Assembly (NCBI GenBank): GCA_017511945.1 | Contig: JAFWHR010000001.1 | Location: forward strand, 16,654 to 80,653 | From: Bacilli bacterium | GTDB taxonomy: Bacteria; Bacillota_I; Bacilli_A; RF39; UBA660 | DNA length: 64,000 nt | Direction of reading: 5' to 3' | Shown: piece after piece, positions 47,628 to 56,749 of the stretch | Layout: the number at the start of each line of letters is the position of its first letter | Numbering within the stretch: the first letter of the stretch is position 1 | The notes under the pieces: generated by a model | Told to the model about the DNA's origin: nothing | The model's input: only the letters and a program-made list of their open reading frames with translations | Databases searched by the model: none | Made by a program: the position numbers and the translations under genes

Positions 47628-48374
47628 TTACAGTTTATCATATTCACTATCAGATACTCTCTCACACCAAGTAGTTGACGTATTATCACCAGGAACCTCA
47701 ACTGCTAAATGAGAAAACCACTTATCCTTAGCCGCACCATGCCAATGTTTTACATTAGGTTTAATAGTTACCACATCACCTTTTTTAAGTCTCTTAGCTT
47801 TCTCTCCTTCTTCTTGATACCATCCTTCACCATCAACACATATTAATACTTGACCTCCACCTTTATCTGCATTATGAATGTGCCAATTATTTCTACACCC
47901 AGGCTCAAAAGTTACGTTAAATATACTAAAACCTATATCATCTATTTTAGATAATGAATTTAAATAACTTTGCCCAGTAAAATACTTTCCATATGGGTTC
48001 TTATCACCCAAACCAAATCCACCACCGTGAATTAAAACATCACCATTTTCAATTTCATCTTTATATACTTCTTTAATTAAATTAAATACAGCCCATGCAT
48101 TTGGCCATCCAGCATAAAAAGCAGCATGAGTTACTATTTCAGACATTTCACTTAAAGTAATTCCATTTTTTTTAGCATTAATCAAATGATACCTAAGTGA
48201 GCTATCAACTAATCCTTTTCCCATAAATACACAAATTGTTACTAACGACCTATCCCTTAAAGATAACTTATCCTCTCTAGACCATACTTCCCCAAAAAGT
48301 ACATCATCATTTAACTCAGCAAATTTTGAAGCAAAATTTCCAAGATTATCTCTTCCTGCAGTTTGTTTAACCAT
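47628..48374 (-). CDS. carboxymuconolactone decarboxylase-family domain fused to cupin domain
   Basis: 248 aa. The N-terminal half has the CMD/AhpD-like pattern (HAAFYAGWPNAW). The C-terminal half is a cupin with His residues (NNWHIHNADKGGGQVLICVDGEGWY...VKHWHGA). Confidence 0.55.
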   Translation of the reverse strand: MVKQTAGRDNLGNFASKFAELNDDVLFGEVWSREDKLSLRDRSLVTICVFMGKGLVDSSLRYHLINAKKNGITLSEMSEIVTHAAFYAGWPNAWAVFNLIKEVYKDEIENGDVLIHGGGFGLGDKNPYGKYFTGQSYLNSLSKIDDIGFSIFNVTFEPGCRNNWHIHNADKGGGQVLICVDGEGWYQEEGEKAKRLKKGDVVTIKPNVKHWHGAAKDKWFSHLAVEVPGDNTSTTWCERVSDSEYDKL

Positions 48375-48894
48375 CTAATCTCCTCCTTAAAATCCAACTG
48401 TTAACATCTGATTTAGAATCACCAACTCTACTTCCACTAATTGCAAGCCCTTCATCAATTTCAGCTCCTATACATATTTCACTTAATTGTCCAGGCACCC
48501 CAGACAATCCTGACCCTTCATGAGTTGTAAAAGGTCTAATAATCTTACCACTAAAATCATAACCTTTTAAAGCAGTATATAACTCTTCCGGCATACCGCC
48601 CCAATAAATTGGAAAGCCGACATAAATTACTTCATAACCTGTAATATCAGGAATATTTTCCTTAATAGGGGCATCATGATTACTAGTTCTAACCTTCGCC
48701 TCATTTATGCATTCCGTATAATCATCTGAATATGGTTTTAATGGTTCAACTTTAAACATATCTGCTCCAGTAATTTCACTAATATACTCAGCAATAACTT
48801 CCGTATTACCTTTATCAATATATTTAATATCGCCACCAAAATAATTTTCACCAGCTCTACTGAAATAAATAATCAAACTCTTTTTATCACTCAT
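48367..48894 (-). CDS. flavodoxin-like protein
   Basis: 175 aa. N-terminal LIIYFSRAGENY flavodoxin-type loop. Confidence 0.6.
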   Translation of the reverse strand: MSDKKSLIIYFSRAGENYFGGDIKYIDKGNTEVIAEYISEITGADMFKVEPLKPYSDDYTECINEAKVRTSNHDAPIKENIPDITGYEVIYVGFPIYWGGMPEELYTALKGYDFSGKIIRPFTTHEGSGLSGVPGQLSEICIGAEIDEGLAISGSRVGDSKSDVNSWILRRRLDG

Positions 48895-48904
48895 AAAATA
48901 CCTC

Positions 48905-49798
48905 CTAATTATTTTGCCTTATTTTAATAACGTCATTACTATTTAAATCACCAACTAATAAAGAAGATTTAGGGTTGTGCTTACCATAATTTTCATTAAC
49001 TTTACTCTCATCATAATTAGCATAACAGTACTTGCAAAAATGCCTGCAAGAATTATATACTCCAATATCTACCATCTCAACACATCTACAAACTAAATCC
49101 TTCCTCGCTCTCCATTTTTTATTAAATGTCTTACCAGTCAATTTTAAAGCTAACTCCTTTGACATACAATCATCTTTTATAAAACCATACTCTGTTAAAT
49201 CTCTTTTTTCATTACACGTATGAACACTAATATTGTGCTTTTTCGCACTAAAGCTAAATGAAGTACCTATAATCTTATAATCATTATCAGTTAAACTTCT
49301 ATATTTTATAGAGCCATAATTTTTTCTAACATTTTTATAGTCATCGATAAAGTGAATTAATATCTTATTTACATACCCATCCAATAATTCACATATCCTA
49401 TCAAATGTTTTAACGTGATACATTAAACTGTACTCATCACTGATAAAAATAGGATCATATCTAATAACTAAATTATCTATACCAATAATATCAGATAATT
49501 TTTTTATAGCGTCTATTATTTTTTTCTTAGGTGGTAAATTAGGTTCAATATTTTTTTTATAAGAAGTTAAAGTCACATGAAAATACATTTTTTTATTTAT
49601 ATTCTTAAGTTTATCTAATATCGGAATTGGATTTTTAGTACAAAAGAATAACAAATCTACATCATCCATCATAATCCTACTAACCATTTTAGGATTGAAA
49701 GGATTTCTAACATCTATAAATCCCTCATCTAACCTATTCATAAGCCAATCAGAATAAAAAGCGACAATATCAGTCCTTCCACTTATATTTAAAATCAT
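48905..49798 (-). CDS. DUF1848-like protein with C-terminal CX3CX2C cysteine cluster
   Basis: 297 aa. Near the C-terminus is a CRHFCKYC motif (Cx3Cx2C), and further upstream CRC. The overall family assignment is tentative. Confidence 0.35.
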   Translation of the reverse strand: MILNISGRTDIVAFYSDWLMNRLDEGFIDVRNPFNPKMVSRIMMDDVDLLFFCTKNPIPILDKLKNINKKMYFHVTLTSYKKNIEPNLPPKKKIIDAIKKLSDIIGIDNLVIRYDPIFISDEYSLMYHVKTFDRICELLDGYVNKILIHFIDDYKNVRKNYGSIKYRSLTDNDYKIIGTSFSFSAKKHNISVHTCNEKRDLTEYGFIKDDCMSKELALKLTGKTFNKKWRARKDLVCRCVEMVDIGVYNSCRHFCKYCYANYDESKVNENYGKHNPKSSLLVGDLNSNDVIKIRQNN

Positions 49799-49816
49799 TT
49801 ACATCTCCCAATAATA

Positions 49817-50569
49817 TCAATCAATTAACTTTTTAAAAGAATTAGCATTTAATATCGTATTTGAAATAAACTTACCCTTATAAAAATTTGCCCAATTATT
49901 AAATACACATGGAACATTTTTAACTTTTTCTAGTGAATCAACCTTTATAAACTTTAACTTAATTTTATTTCCCCTAGCATAATCAGATAACTCTTTTACT
50001 TCATACTCTACATAAGGACATTCGTTAGAATAATAAATAGTAAATTCGTCATTTTCAAGCTTCATCTTTCTTGCACTATCACAAAATTTAGGCTCCTCAC
50101 TATCATCAAATTTTAAAACCATAAGCTCATAATCATCAATAGTATCAACTACTTTAAATCCAAAATGTTCAAAAAATTTTTTATCACCAATAAAAGGTTT
50201 TTTCTTTTTAGAAACTACTGTGCATATACCACTTTTCCTACTTTCTTTAGCATCTTTAATAGTATACTCTAAAAGCTCCTTTCCAATTCCTTTACCCTTA
50301 AAACTTCCAGCAACCCATAAACAGTATATATAAATATAGTTTTTACCATCAATAGAAGCCCAAGCAGTTTCTACTGGTTCATATTCGATAAATGTCTTAC
50401 CTCTAACATTTAGTTTTCTAAATACATGACCATCCTTTAACTTACTTTTAATCCATTCTTTTTTCTTATCTACCCCATCTTGATGTTTAGGATCACCAAT
50501 CGCACAGCAAATGTGCTCATCATCAATATTATCTATATTTAAATTAATATACTCATTCATATCTAACAC
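49817..50569 (-). CDS. GNAT N-acetyltransferase with YoaP-like C-terminal domain
   Basis: 250 aa. GNAT motif A region (VAGSFKGKGIGKELL). The C-terminal roughly 90 aa form an extra domain. Confidence 0.55.
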   Translation of the reverse strand: MLDMNEYINLNIDNIDDEHICCAIGDPKHQDGVDKKKEWIKSKLKDGHVFRKLNVRGKTFIEYEPVETAWASIDGKNYIYIYCLWVAGSFKGKGIGKELLEYTIKDAKESRKSGICTVVSKKKKPFIGDKKFFEHFGFKVVDTIDDYELMVLKFDDSEEPKFCDSARKMKLENDEFTIYYSNECPYVEYEVKELSDYARGNKIKLKFIKVDSLEKVKNVPCVFNNWANFYKGKFISNTILNANSFKKLID

Positions 50570-50625
50570 ACCCTCATATATAATATATCAAAAAAAGATG
50601 AATATTTCATCCTTTTCATAAATAT

Positions 50626-51957
50626 TTATATTGATAATTGTTTACCTCCAACATATAACTTATAACCATTTAAATCAATGTTTGAATAAGTAGTATCAGC
50701 ATCTTCCAGCTTTGAAACATATGAATCTCCAGTTAATTTTATTTTAGAAGTACTATCTAAAACTAATTTAATATTTTTAGCTTCATTACTACCATTTATA
50801 GTTCCAACATAACTTGACGATTTTTCTAGTTTCATAGATAGTTGTGATATAGAATCGACTACTATATTTCCATTTACTTTTTGATTAGAAAGTACTAAAT
50901 CAACTTCTCCACCATTAGAACCAGTTTTTCCCCAAGAATCCTTTTGTATTCTTAAGAAATTACCAGACTTATCATTATTTATAAACTCATTGTTTTCTAA
51001 TGTTATACTCGCTTTAGTATTAGTTACATAAATTGAATCACCTTTATTAGTTACAATAGTTGAATCTTTTGATGAAAACTCTGCTACCCCAGTATCAGCA
51101 TCTCCAGACATAGATTGATATATAAATATGTTTTTATATGTTGTCGACTGACCATTTAATGTATTATTAGTATCGGTTAATTTAACATTTTGTAATTTTA
51201 TCTTATTCTTTCCTTCAATTATTAATCCTTCAGACGCTTCAGATATTAATGATGCATTCTTAACAGTAATATCTGCGGTTGAATAAACTGTAGGAGAACC
51301 TTTACCTGTCGTAGTATAAGTTCCTTTATTAACAGTTACATCTCCTCCACCTCTATCAGATCTAATAGCAGCACTTGATGTTCCACTTGTCTTAACTTCT
51401 AAATTAGTTGCATTCATTATTCCTCCGCCTGTCGTCATAATTCCACCAGAGTTATCTTTAGTAGTAGTAATTTTTGAATCACTTATGTTAACAGTAGTTC
51501 CATCACTTGACAAGTTAGATGTAGTAGCATTTCCTCCATAACTAAATACCCCATTTGCTCCAGTCGCATCAGTAGTTATTTTTGAATTTTTAATTGTAAG
51601 ATTTGCACCTGACTTTGCTAGTATAGCTGAATTATTTCCATAAAAACTTGAACTATCACCACCATCAGAATCTCCTGTTTTATAAGCAGATATATCAGAT
51701 ATATTTGATTTTACATTTCCAGATACCAATATGACATTTTCATCAGAATTTGTAGATTTAAACTCCCCTGAATTTATATCTTCATCTTTAGTTATCTCTT
51801 TTACTGCTGAATATGTCACAGATGAATTATTAATCTCAGGCATATTATTTAAACTATTATCTGTACCACTAATAATTAAGTACCAAAGTATTCCTAAAAT
51901 TATAATTAAAACGACTATAGTAATTATATATATCCATGTCTTTTTATCCCTCATCAT
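50626..51957 (-). CDS. membrane-anchored beta-helix repeat protein (LiaG/DUF4097-like putative adhesin)
   Basis: 443 aa. N-terminal TM helix, then Thr/Ser/Gly/Asn-rich repetitive beta-strand units (…NLTIKNSKITTDATG…, VNISDSKITTTKD…). Located downstream of the two-component system. Confidence 0.5.
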   Translation of the reverse strand: MMRDKKTWIYIITIVVLIIILGILWYLIISGTDNSLNNMPEINNSSVTYSAVKEITKDEDINSGEFKSTNSDENVILVSGNVKSNISDISAYKTGDSDGGDSSSFYGNNSAILAKSGANLTIKNSKITTDATGANGVFSYGGNATTSNLSSDGTTVNISDSKITTTKDNSGGIMTTGGGIMNATNLEVKTSGTSSAAIRSDRGGGDVTVNKGTYTTTGKGSPTVYSTADITVKNASLISEASEGLIIEGKNKIKLQNVKLTDTNNTLNGQSTTYKNIFIYQSMSGDADTGVAEFSSKDSTIVTNKGDSIYVTNTKASITLENNEFINNDKSGNFLRIQKDSWGKTGSNGGEVDLVLSNQKVNGNIVVDSISQLSMKLEKSSSYVGTINGSNEAKNIKLVLDSTSKIKLTGDSYVSKLEDADTTYSNIDLNGYKLYVGGKQLSI

Positions 51958-51971
51958 TATATCCTTCCTAA

Positions 51972-52223
51972 CTAATTATTATTCTGCGTGTTACTATCAT
52001 TTTGTGTTGATTGTCCATTTTGTGTTGACTGGCCATTTTCTTCATTTGGTCTCTCAGGTGGTTGATTGTTTTGACCATTTGTCTTTCCAGGCAAATTTCC
52101 TCCAGGCATTCCAATTTGATGGTTATTACATGTCACACTTTTAGTATATACTAAAAACGCTCCTGTTGAAATTACCGCACCAACTAATAAACCTATCACA
52201 AAAATTATCATTTTTTCCTTCAT
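51972..52223 (-). CDS. small membrane-anchored protein with NGQSTQN repeats
   Basis: 83 aa. One TM helix followed by a Gln/Asn/Pro-rich low-complexity tail. Confidence 0.35.
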   Translation of the reverse strand: MKEKMIIFVIGLLVGAVISTGAFLVYTKSVTCNNHQIGMPGGNLPGKTNGQNNQPPERPNEENGQSTQNGQSTQNDSNTQNNN

Positions 52224-52336
52224 TTAATTCCTCCATTCCTTTTAACAAAATAGTATTTTTTATTAATATTTCACCTCCCACAAATTGATAATAACTGACA
52301 AAAATTAAAAGAACATTAAATATTTCATAAATGTTC

Positions 52337-53548
52337 CTATTTTTTAAAACTTATTTTAAATGTCGTTTTACCATCAAAAGAATAAGCATTAATCATTCCA
52401 CCATGATTAATAACTATATTCTTAGCTATCGCAAGCCCTAAACCATAACGATTAGATTCCCTATTTCTAGATTTATCGCCTCTATAAAACCTTTCAAATA
52501 TCTTTTCCTCATCCCCTACTTTTATTGGATCACCTGAATTTGTTATTTCTATGTTAACAACATTTTTAGTTTTATTCAAAATGACATATATTGTAGATTT
52601 CTTATATCCATGTTTAACCGCATTATCTAATATTATCGAAAATAATCTTTCCATTTCTTCCTTACTACATTTAAACATAATATCTTTCTCAATATCAGTT
52701 TCAATTTTAATATTATTTTCATAAGCAATAGAATCAAATGTTAAACAGATTCCCTGAGCAATCTTAGATAAATTTTCTTCTCTATAGCTATCTATAGATA
52801 CACCATTTTCTAATTTTGATAAATCTAGTAAACTCTTAATTAAAGTACTCATTCTTTCAGATTCATATTTGATATTATCTATATATTTTTGATTATTTTT
52901 ATCACATTTGAGTTCATCAGAAGATGCCATAATTACTGCCAGTGGTGTTTTAAGTTCATGTGACGCATCTGCAATAAATTCTTTCTGCTTGTCAAACGCT
53001 TCTTTTGCAGGTTTAGTAATTCTTTGAGTAATCTTTTTAGACACATAATAAATGATAATCTCAAATCCCAATAATATAATTATTGAATAAATTAAAGTAA
53101 ATATAAGTCTATTAGTAATGCTTTTAATATTAATAATGACAATTGTATTTGATTTATAATTATATGAATAATTATCGAAATATAAGTTTCCAACTTTTAA
53201 TTCTTCTTTATTATTAATAATTCTCTGTGCAACTTTTTGAACATCAAAACTACTATTATTACTGTGATTAATTATCCTTTCTATTTTATTACCATCTAAT
53301 TTAACAGTGTATACTTCATAATCCATGATCATCATATTATCTAAATCTCTGTCTTTTGGATTAGGTCTTGAAGGATTTAAATCAGAAGGTTCTGGGATTT
53401 TTTTCTCTTCGATAAAACTCAAATTCCTCTTAACATTGTCATATTCTTTTTTATAGGAACTGCCATTATAGACAATCATGCCAGTTACTACAAAAAATGA
53501 TAAAATGAAAAATATAGTTTTAAATACCTTTTTATTTAGTTCCTTCAT
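52337..53548 (-). CDS. sensor histidine kinase
   Basis: 403 aa. Two TM helices. H-box (ADASHELKTPL) and N/G-box ATP-binding motifs (DNAVKHG, GLGLAIAKNIV). Confidence 0.85.
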   Translation of the reverse strand: MKELNKKVFKTIFFILSFFVVTGMIVYNGSSYKKEYDNVKRNLSFIEEKKIPEPSDLNPSRPNPKDRDLDNMMIMDYEVYTVKLDGNKIERIINHSNNSSFDVQKVAQRIINNKEELKVGNLYFDNYSYNYKSNTIVIINIKSITNRLIFTLIYSIIILLGFEIIIYYVSKKITQRITKPAKEAFDKQKEFIADASHELKTPLAVIMASSDELKCDKNNQKYIDNIKYESERMSTLIKSLLDLSKLENGVSIDSYREENLSKIAQGICLTFDSIAYENNIKIETDIEKDIMFKCSKEEMERLFSIILDNAVKHGYKKSTIYVILNKTKNVVNIEITNSGDPIKVGDEEKIFERFYRGDKSRNRESNRYGLGLAIAKNIVINHGGMINAYSFDGKTTFKISFKK

Positions 53549-54230
53549 TGTTATACTCCATTTTATATCCTAAATTTCTAAGTGATTTTATTTGAACATT
53601 TGAATTAATCATCTTTAACTTTTTTCTAATAAATGATAAATATACCTCTAAATTATTAGACATAGAATTATTATCTAATCCCCATACTTTATCATATATC
53701 ATCTCTTTAGATAACACTTGATTTGGATTATTCATAAAATACTCTAAAAGTTGAAATTCTTTATTAATTATATTAATTTTTTCATTGCTGTTTTTATTAA
53801 AAATATCAGATGTTTTTAAATCTAAAGTTAAATCTCCAAATTCGAGACTATTATTTTGCACTTTATCACTTCTTAACCACACATTAACTCTTGCAACAAC
53901 TTCATCAATATGAAAAGGTTTAGAAATATAATCATTCGCTCCTTCACTAAAACCGAGTAATTTGTCTTCTATTTCCGATTTAGCAGTTAACATTATTACC
54001 TTTGTTTTTATATTATTCTTCTTAATTTCCTTTAATATTTCAATTCCATCTATACCAGGTAGCATTATATCTAATAATATTAAATCATATACATCCATTA
54101 AAGCATTATAAAGTCCATCTTCTCCATCAAGTGAAATATCGACTGTATATTTCTCCTTTTTCAATCTATCAGCTACTAATTCAGCAAGCAACTTTTCATC
54201 TTCCACAATCAATATTCGCATAATTTCCAC
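53532..54230 (-). CDS. OmpR-family response regulator
   Basis: 232 aa. Receiver domain (RILIVEDE, DLILLDIMLPGIDG) and a C-terminal winged-helix DNA-binding domain. Confidence 0.88.
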   Translation of the reverse strand: MEIMRILIVEDEKLLAELVADRLKKEKYTVDISLDGEDGLYNALMDVYDLILLDIMLPGIDGIEILKEIKKNNIKTKVIMLTAKSEIEDKLLGFSEGANDYISKPFHIDEVVARVNVWLRSDKVQNNSLEFGDLTLDLKTSDIFNKNSNEKINIINKEFQLLEYFMNNPNQVLSKEMIYDKVWGLDNNSMSNNLEVYLSFIRKKLKMINSNVQIKSLRNLGYKMEYNNEGTK

Positions 54231-54349
54231 CTCAAATATAATTATACATTTATTTATTAAATAAATATTAAACAGTTATCATTAAATTAATTATAACATA
54301 ATTATTTATCATTTTTTACATCAAAAAAAGTCCATATTTTATAGACTTT

Positions 54350-54790
54350 TTATTTAAATTTTATTTTTATATTACCATTACCTAAATCAGGTAAATTGTC
54401 AATATGTCCTATTTTAGTATAACTATATGATGTATCAAATGATTTATAAAACAAAACCAAACAGTTATCTCCATAAAGCATAATATCACCAGCATTAATT
54501 CTTTTAGGACTATATGAATCCATTGGCAACGCATTATCTAAATATACATACTTTTCATTACCATTTAATTCCTCCATATCAAATTCCAAAGGAAGCATAT
54601 TAATAAAGCTTTTAACTGTTTTATTATCTTCTAAATTAATTATATATTCCTTTCCATCTATTATTGCATTCATTGAATTAATCACCTCATAAGTATTAGC
54701 ATTAACTTCATTATCCTTACTACTTGAACTGCAACCAGTAATCATTATAACTGAAATTATTATACTAAATAATACTCTCTTATACATCAT
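54350..54790 (-). CDS. lipoprotein, unknown function
   Basis: 146 aa with lipobox ITGC. Confidence 0.4.
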   Translation of the reverse strand: MMYKRVLFSIIISVIMITGCSSSSKDNEVNANTYEVINSMNAIIDGKEYIINLEDNKTVKSFINMLPLEFDMEELNGNEKYVYLDNALPMDSYSPKRINAGDIMLYGDNCLVLFYKSFDTSYSYTKIGHIDNLPDLGNGNIKIKFK

Positions 54791-55773
54791 ATATTTTCCC
54801 TAATAAATTTTTCTATTTTATCAAAAGGAATCTTATCTTTTTTATCATATAAATCTGTATGAGTAGCATTTGGAACAATTACAAATTCTTTATTATCTTT
54901 AAACTTAGAATCTTTTATCATATTATCATATGCATCTTTACCCATATAAAATGAATGTGCTTTATCACCATGAACAATCATTACTGCATTTCTTATCTCA
55001 TTTGCATAGTAAAATAGTCTAACATTCATCATAGATGTATTAGTTTGAATAGCCCAACCACCATTTGAATTTAAACTTCTTTTATGATATCCTCTGGGAG
55101 TTTTATAATATGAATGATAACCTTGTAAAAACTCAGCAGAACCATTCGGAAGTGGATCAATTACTCCACCAGCTAATGCATAGTTACCATTTTTATAATC
55201 TTCATTTCTTTGTTTATTAAGATTTACTCTTAACTGATATCTAGCCTCTTCATTATCTTGCTCATCAAAATATCCATTTCCAGCAACTCTAGACATATCA
55301 TACATAGTAGATACTATAGTCACCTTAACTCTCGTATCAATACAAGCAGTTTGAAGAGCCATTCCACCCCAACCACAAATACCTATAATACTAATTTTCT
55401 CAGAATCTACATTATCTAAACTTATTAAAAAATCTACTGCTGATTGAAAATCTTCGACATTAATATCATAAGAAGTCATATATCTTGGAAATCCTCCAGA
55501 TTCACCTGTGTATGATGGATCAAATGCAATTGCCAAAAAACCTCTTTCTGCCATCTCTTGTGCATAAAGTCCACTTGACTGCTCTTTGACTGCACCATAT
55601 GGTCCAGAAACTGCAATAGCAGGTAATTTACCACTATAATCTTTAGGCTCATACATATCTGCAACCAAAGATATTCCAAAATGATTTTTAAACGTTACCT
55701 TTTTATGATTAACCTTATCACTTAATGGAAATACTTTATCCCATTCATTAGTAATTTTTAACTCTTCTGTCAT
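54787..55773 (-). CDS. alpha/beta hydrolase family protein
   Basis: 328 aa. Nucleophile elbow GICGWGG (GxSxG variant with Cys) and typical fold spacing. Confidence 0.6.
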   Translation of the reverse strand: MTEELKITNEWDKVFPLSDKVNHKKVTFKNHFGISLVADMYEPKDYSGKLPAIAVSGPYGAVKEQSSGLYAQEMAERGFLAIAFDPSYTGESGGFPRYMTSYDINVEDFQSAVDFLISLDNVDSEKISIIGICGWGGMALQTACIDTRVKVTIVSTMYDMSRVAGNGYFDEQDNEEARYQLRVNLNKQRNEDYKNGNYALAGGVIDPLPNGSAEFLQGYHSYYKTPRGYHKRSLNSNGGWAIQTNTSMMNVRLFYYANEIRNAVMIVHGDKAHSFYMGKDAYDNMIKDSKFKDNKEFVIVPNATHTDLYDKKDKIPFDKIEKFIRENI

Positions 55774-55790
55774 CTTATAACCTCCTTTTC

Positions 55791-56321
55791 TTATATTTTA
55801 CTTAACATCTCTATTAATCTACCTGCATGATCAATAGCTTTTTCTTCTATTTCTTTCCCTTTATCATTTCTTATTTGATAAGATACTCCATAAGTTACAA
55901 TATTGCCTACATATTCCATTTGACATAATTTACAAGTTGCTTTAATTGGATTTAGAAAGTTATTTATATTACTATATACTTCTTTAGGTGCACCTGTAGT
56001 AAAAGATACTATCATTTTTTTACCTTTTAACTTATCACCAGTAGTGCCATGTGAAAATCCATGTTCAAACACCTCTTCCATCCATCGTTCTAATAATGAT
56101 GGCATCGAATACCAAAATATTGGATATTGTAAAACTATAATATCTGCTTTTATTAGTTTTTTTTGTTCTTCTTCTACATTAATTTTATAATTTGGATATA
56201 ATTCACTTAAATAATCTATTATAGCACCTGGTACCCTTCTACTTACCTCTTCTAATATCTTTTTATTAGCAACTGAATTAAGAAGATCAGTATGCCCTGA
56301 AACAATTAAAATATTCTTCAT
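55791..56321 (-). CDS. flavodoxin-like fold NAD(P)H-dependent oxidoreductase
   Basis: 176 aa with the N-terminal ILIVSGH pattern. Confidence 0.6.
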   Translation of the reverse strand: MKNILIVSGHTDLLNSVANKKILEEVSRRVPGAIIDYLSELYPNYKINVEEEQKKLIKADIIVLQYPIFWYSMPSLLERWMEEVFEHGFSHGTTGDKLKGKKMIVSFTTGAPKEVYSNINNFLNPIKATCKLCQMEYVGNIVTYGVSYQIRNDKGKEIEEKAIDHAGRLIEMLSKI

Positions 56322-56328
56322 TCTAAAC

Positions 56329-56655
56329 CTACTTTCTTATATATTTTTCATCCTGACTATTACTATCATATAAAACATATTTTTCTACTTTCATATGTAA
56401 ATCATATTTATCCCTAAGTTCCATTATCTTATTCATAGTTTCTGATTCATGATGCTTATCAAGAGATTCTTGATTCTTCCAACTATCAATAAGTAAGATA
56501 GTTTCTTTATCTTCTAATGGCTCAAAATAATCATATCTCAAATTACCCTCTTTACTTCTTATTTCTTCTACTATTCCAGAAGAAATCATTTCACTCGCAA
56601 ATTTTTTAGCTGATCCATTTTTACCACTATAATAAATGTTTACAGTAAAACTCAT
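56329..56655 (-). CDS. ABM-domain (antibiotic biosynthesis monooxygenase-like) protein
   Basis: Start taken at the second ATG (MSFTVNIYY), which is preceded by gggagtg. Roughly 108 aa with an alpha+beta ferredoxin-like pattern. Confidence 0.45.
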   Translation of the reverse strand: MSFTVNIYYSGKNGSAKKFASEMISSGIVEEIRSKEGNLRYDYFEPLEDKETILLIDSWKNQESLDKHHESETMNKIMELRDKYDLHMKVEKYVLYDSNSQDEKYIRK

Positions 56656-56749
56656 ATCATCACTCCCCATAATCTATTTTACCATATAAAAGGAAGATTT
56701 ATCCATCTTCCATTTTAAATATCTACAGCTTTAAAATTATTTTTCATAT

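Noticed and set aside
55476-55679. 67-aa minus-strand ORF within the alpha/beta hydrolase gene
   Set aside because: Alternative frame inside a well-supported longer ORF.
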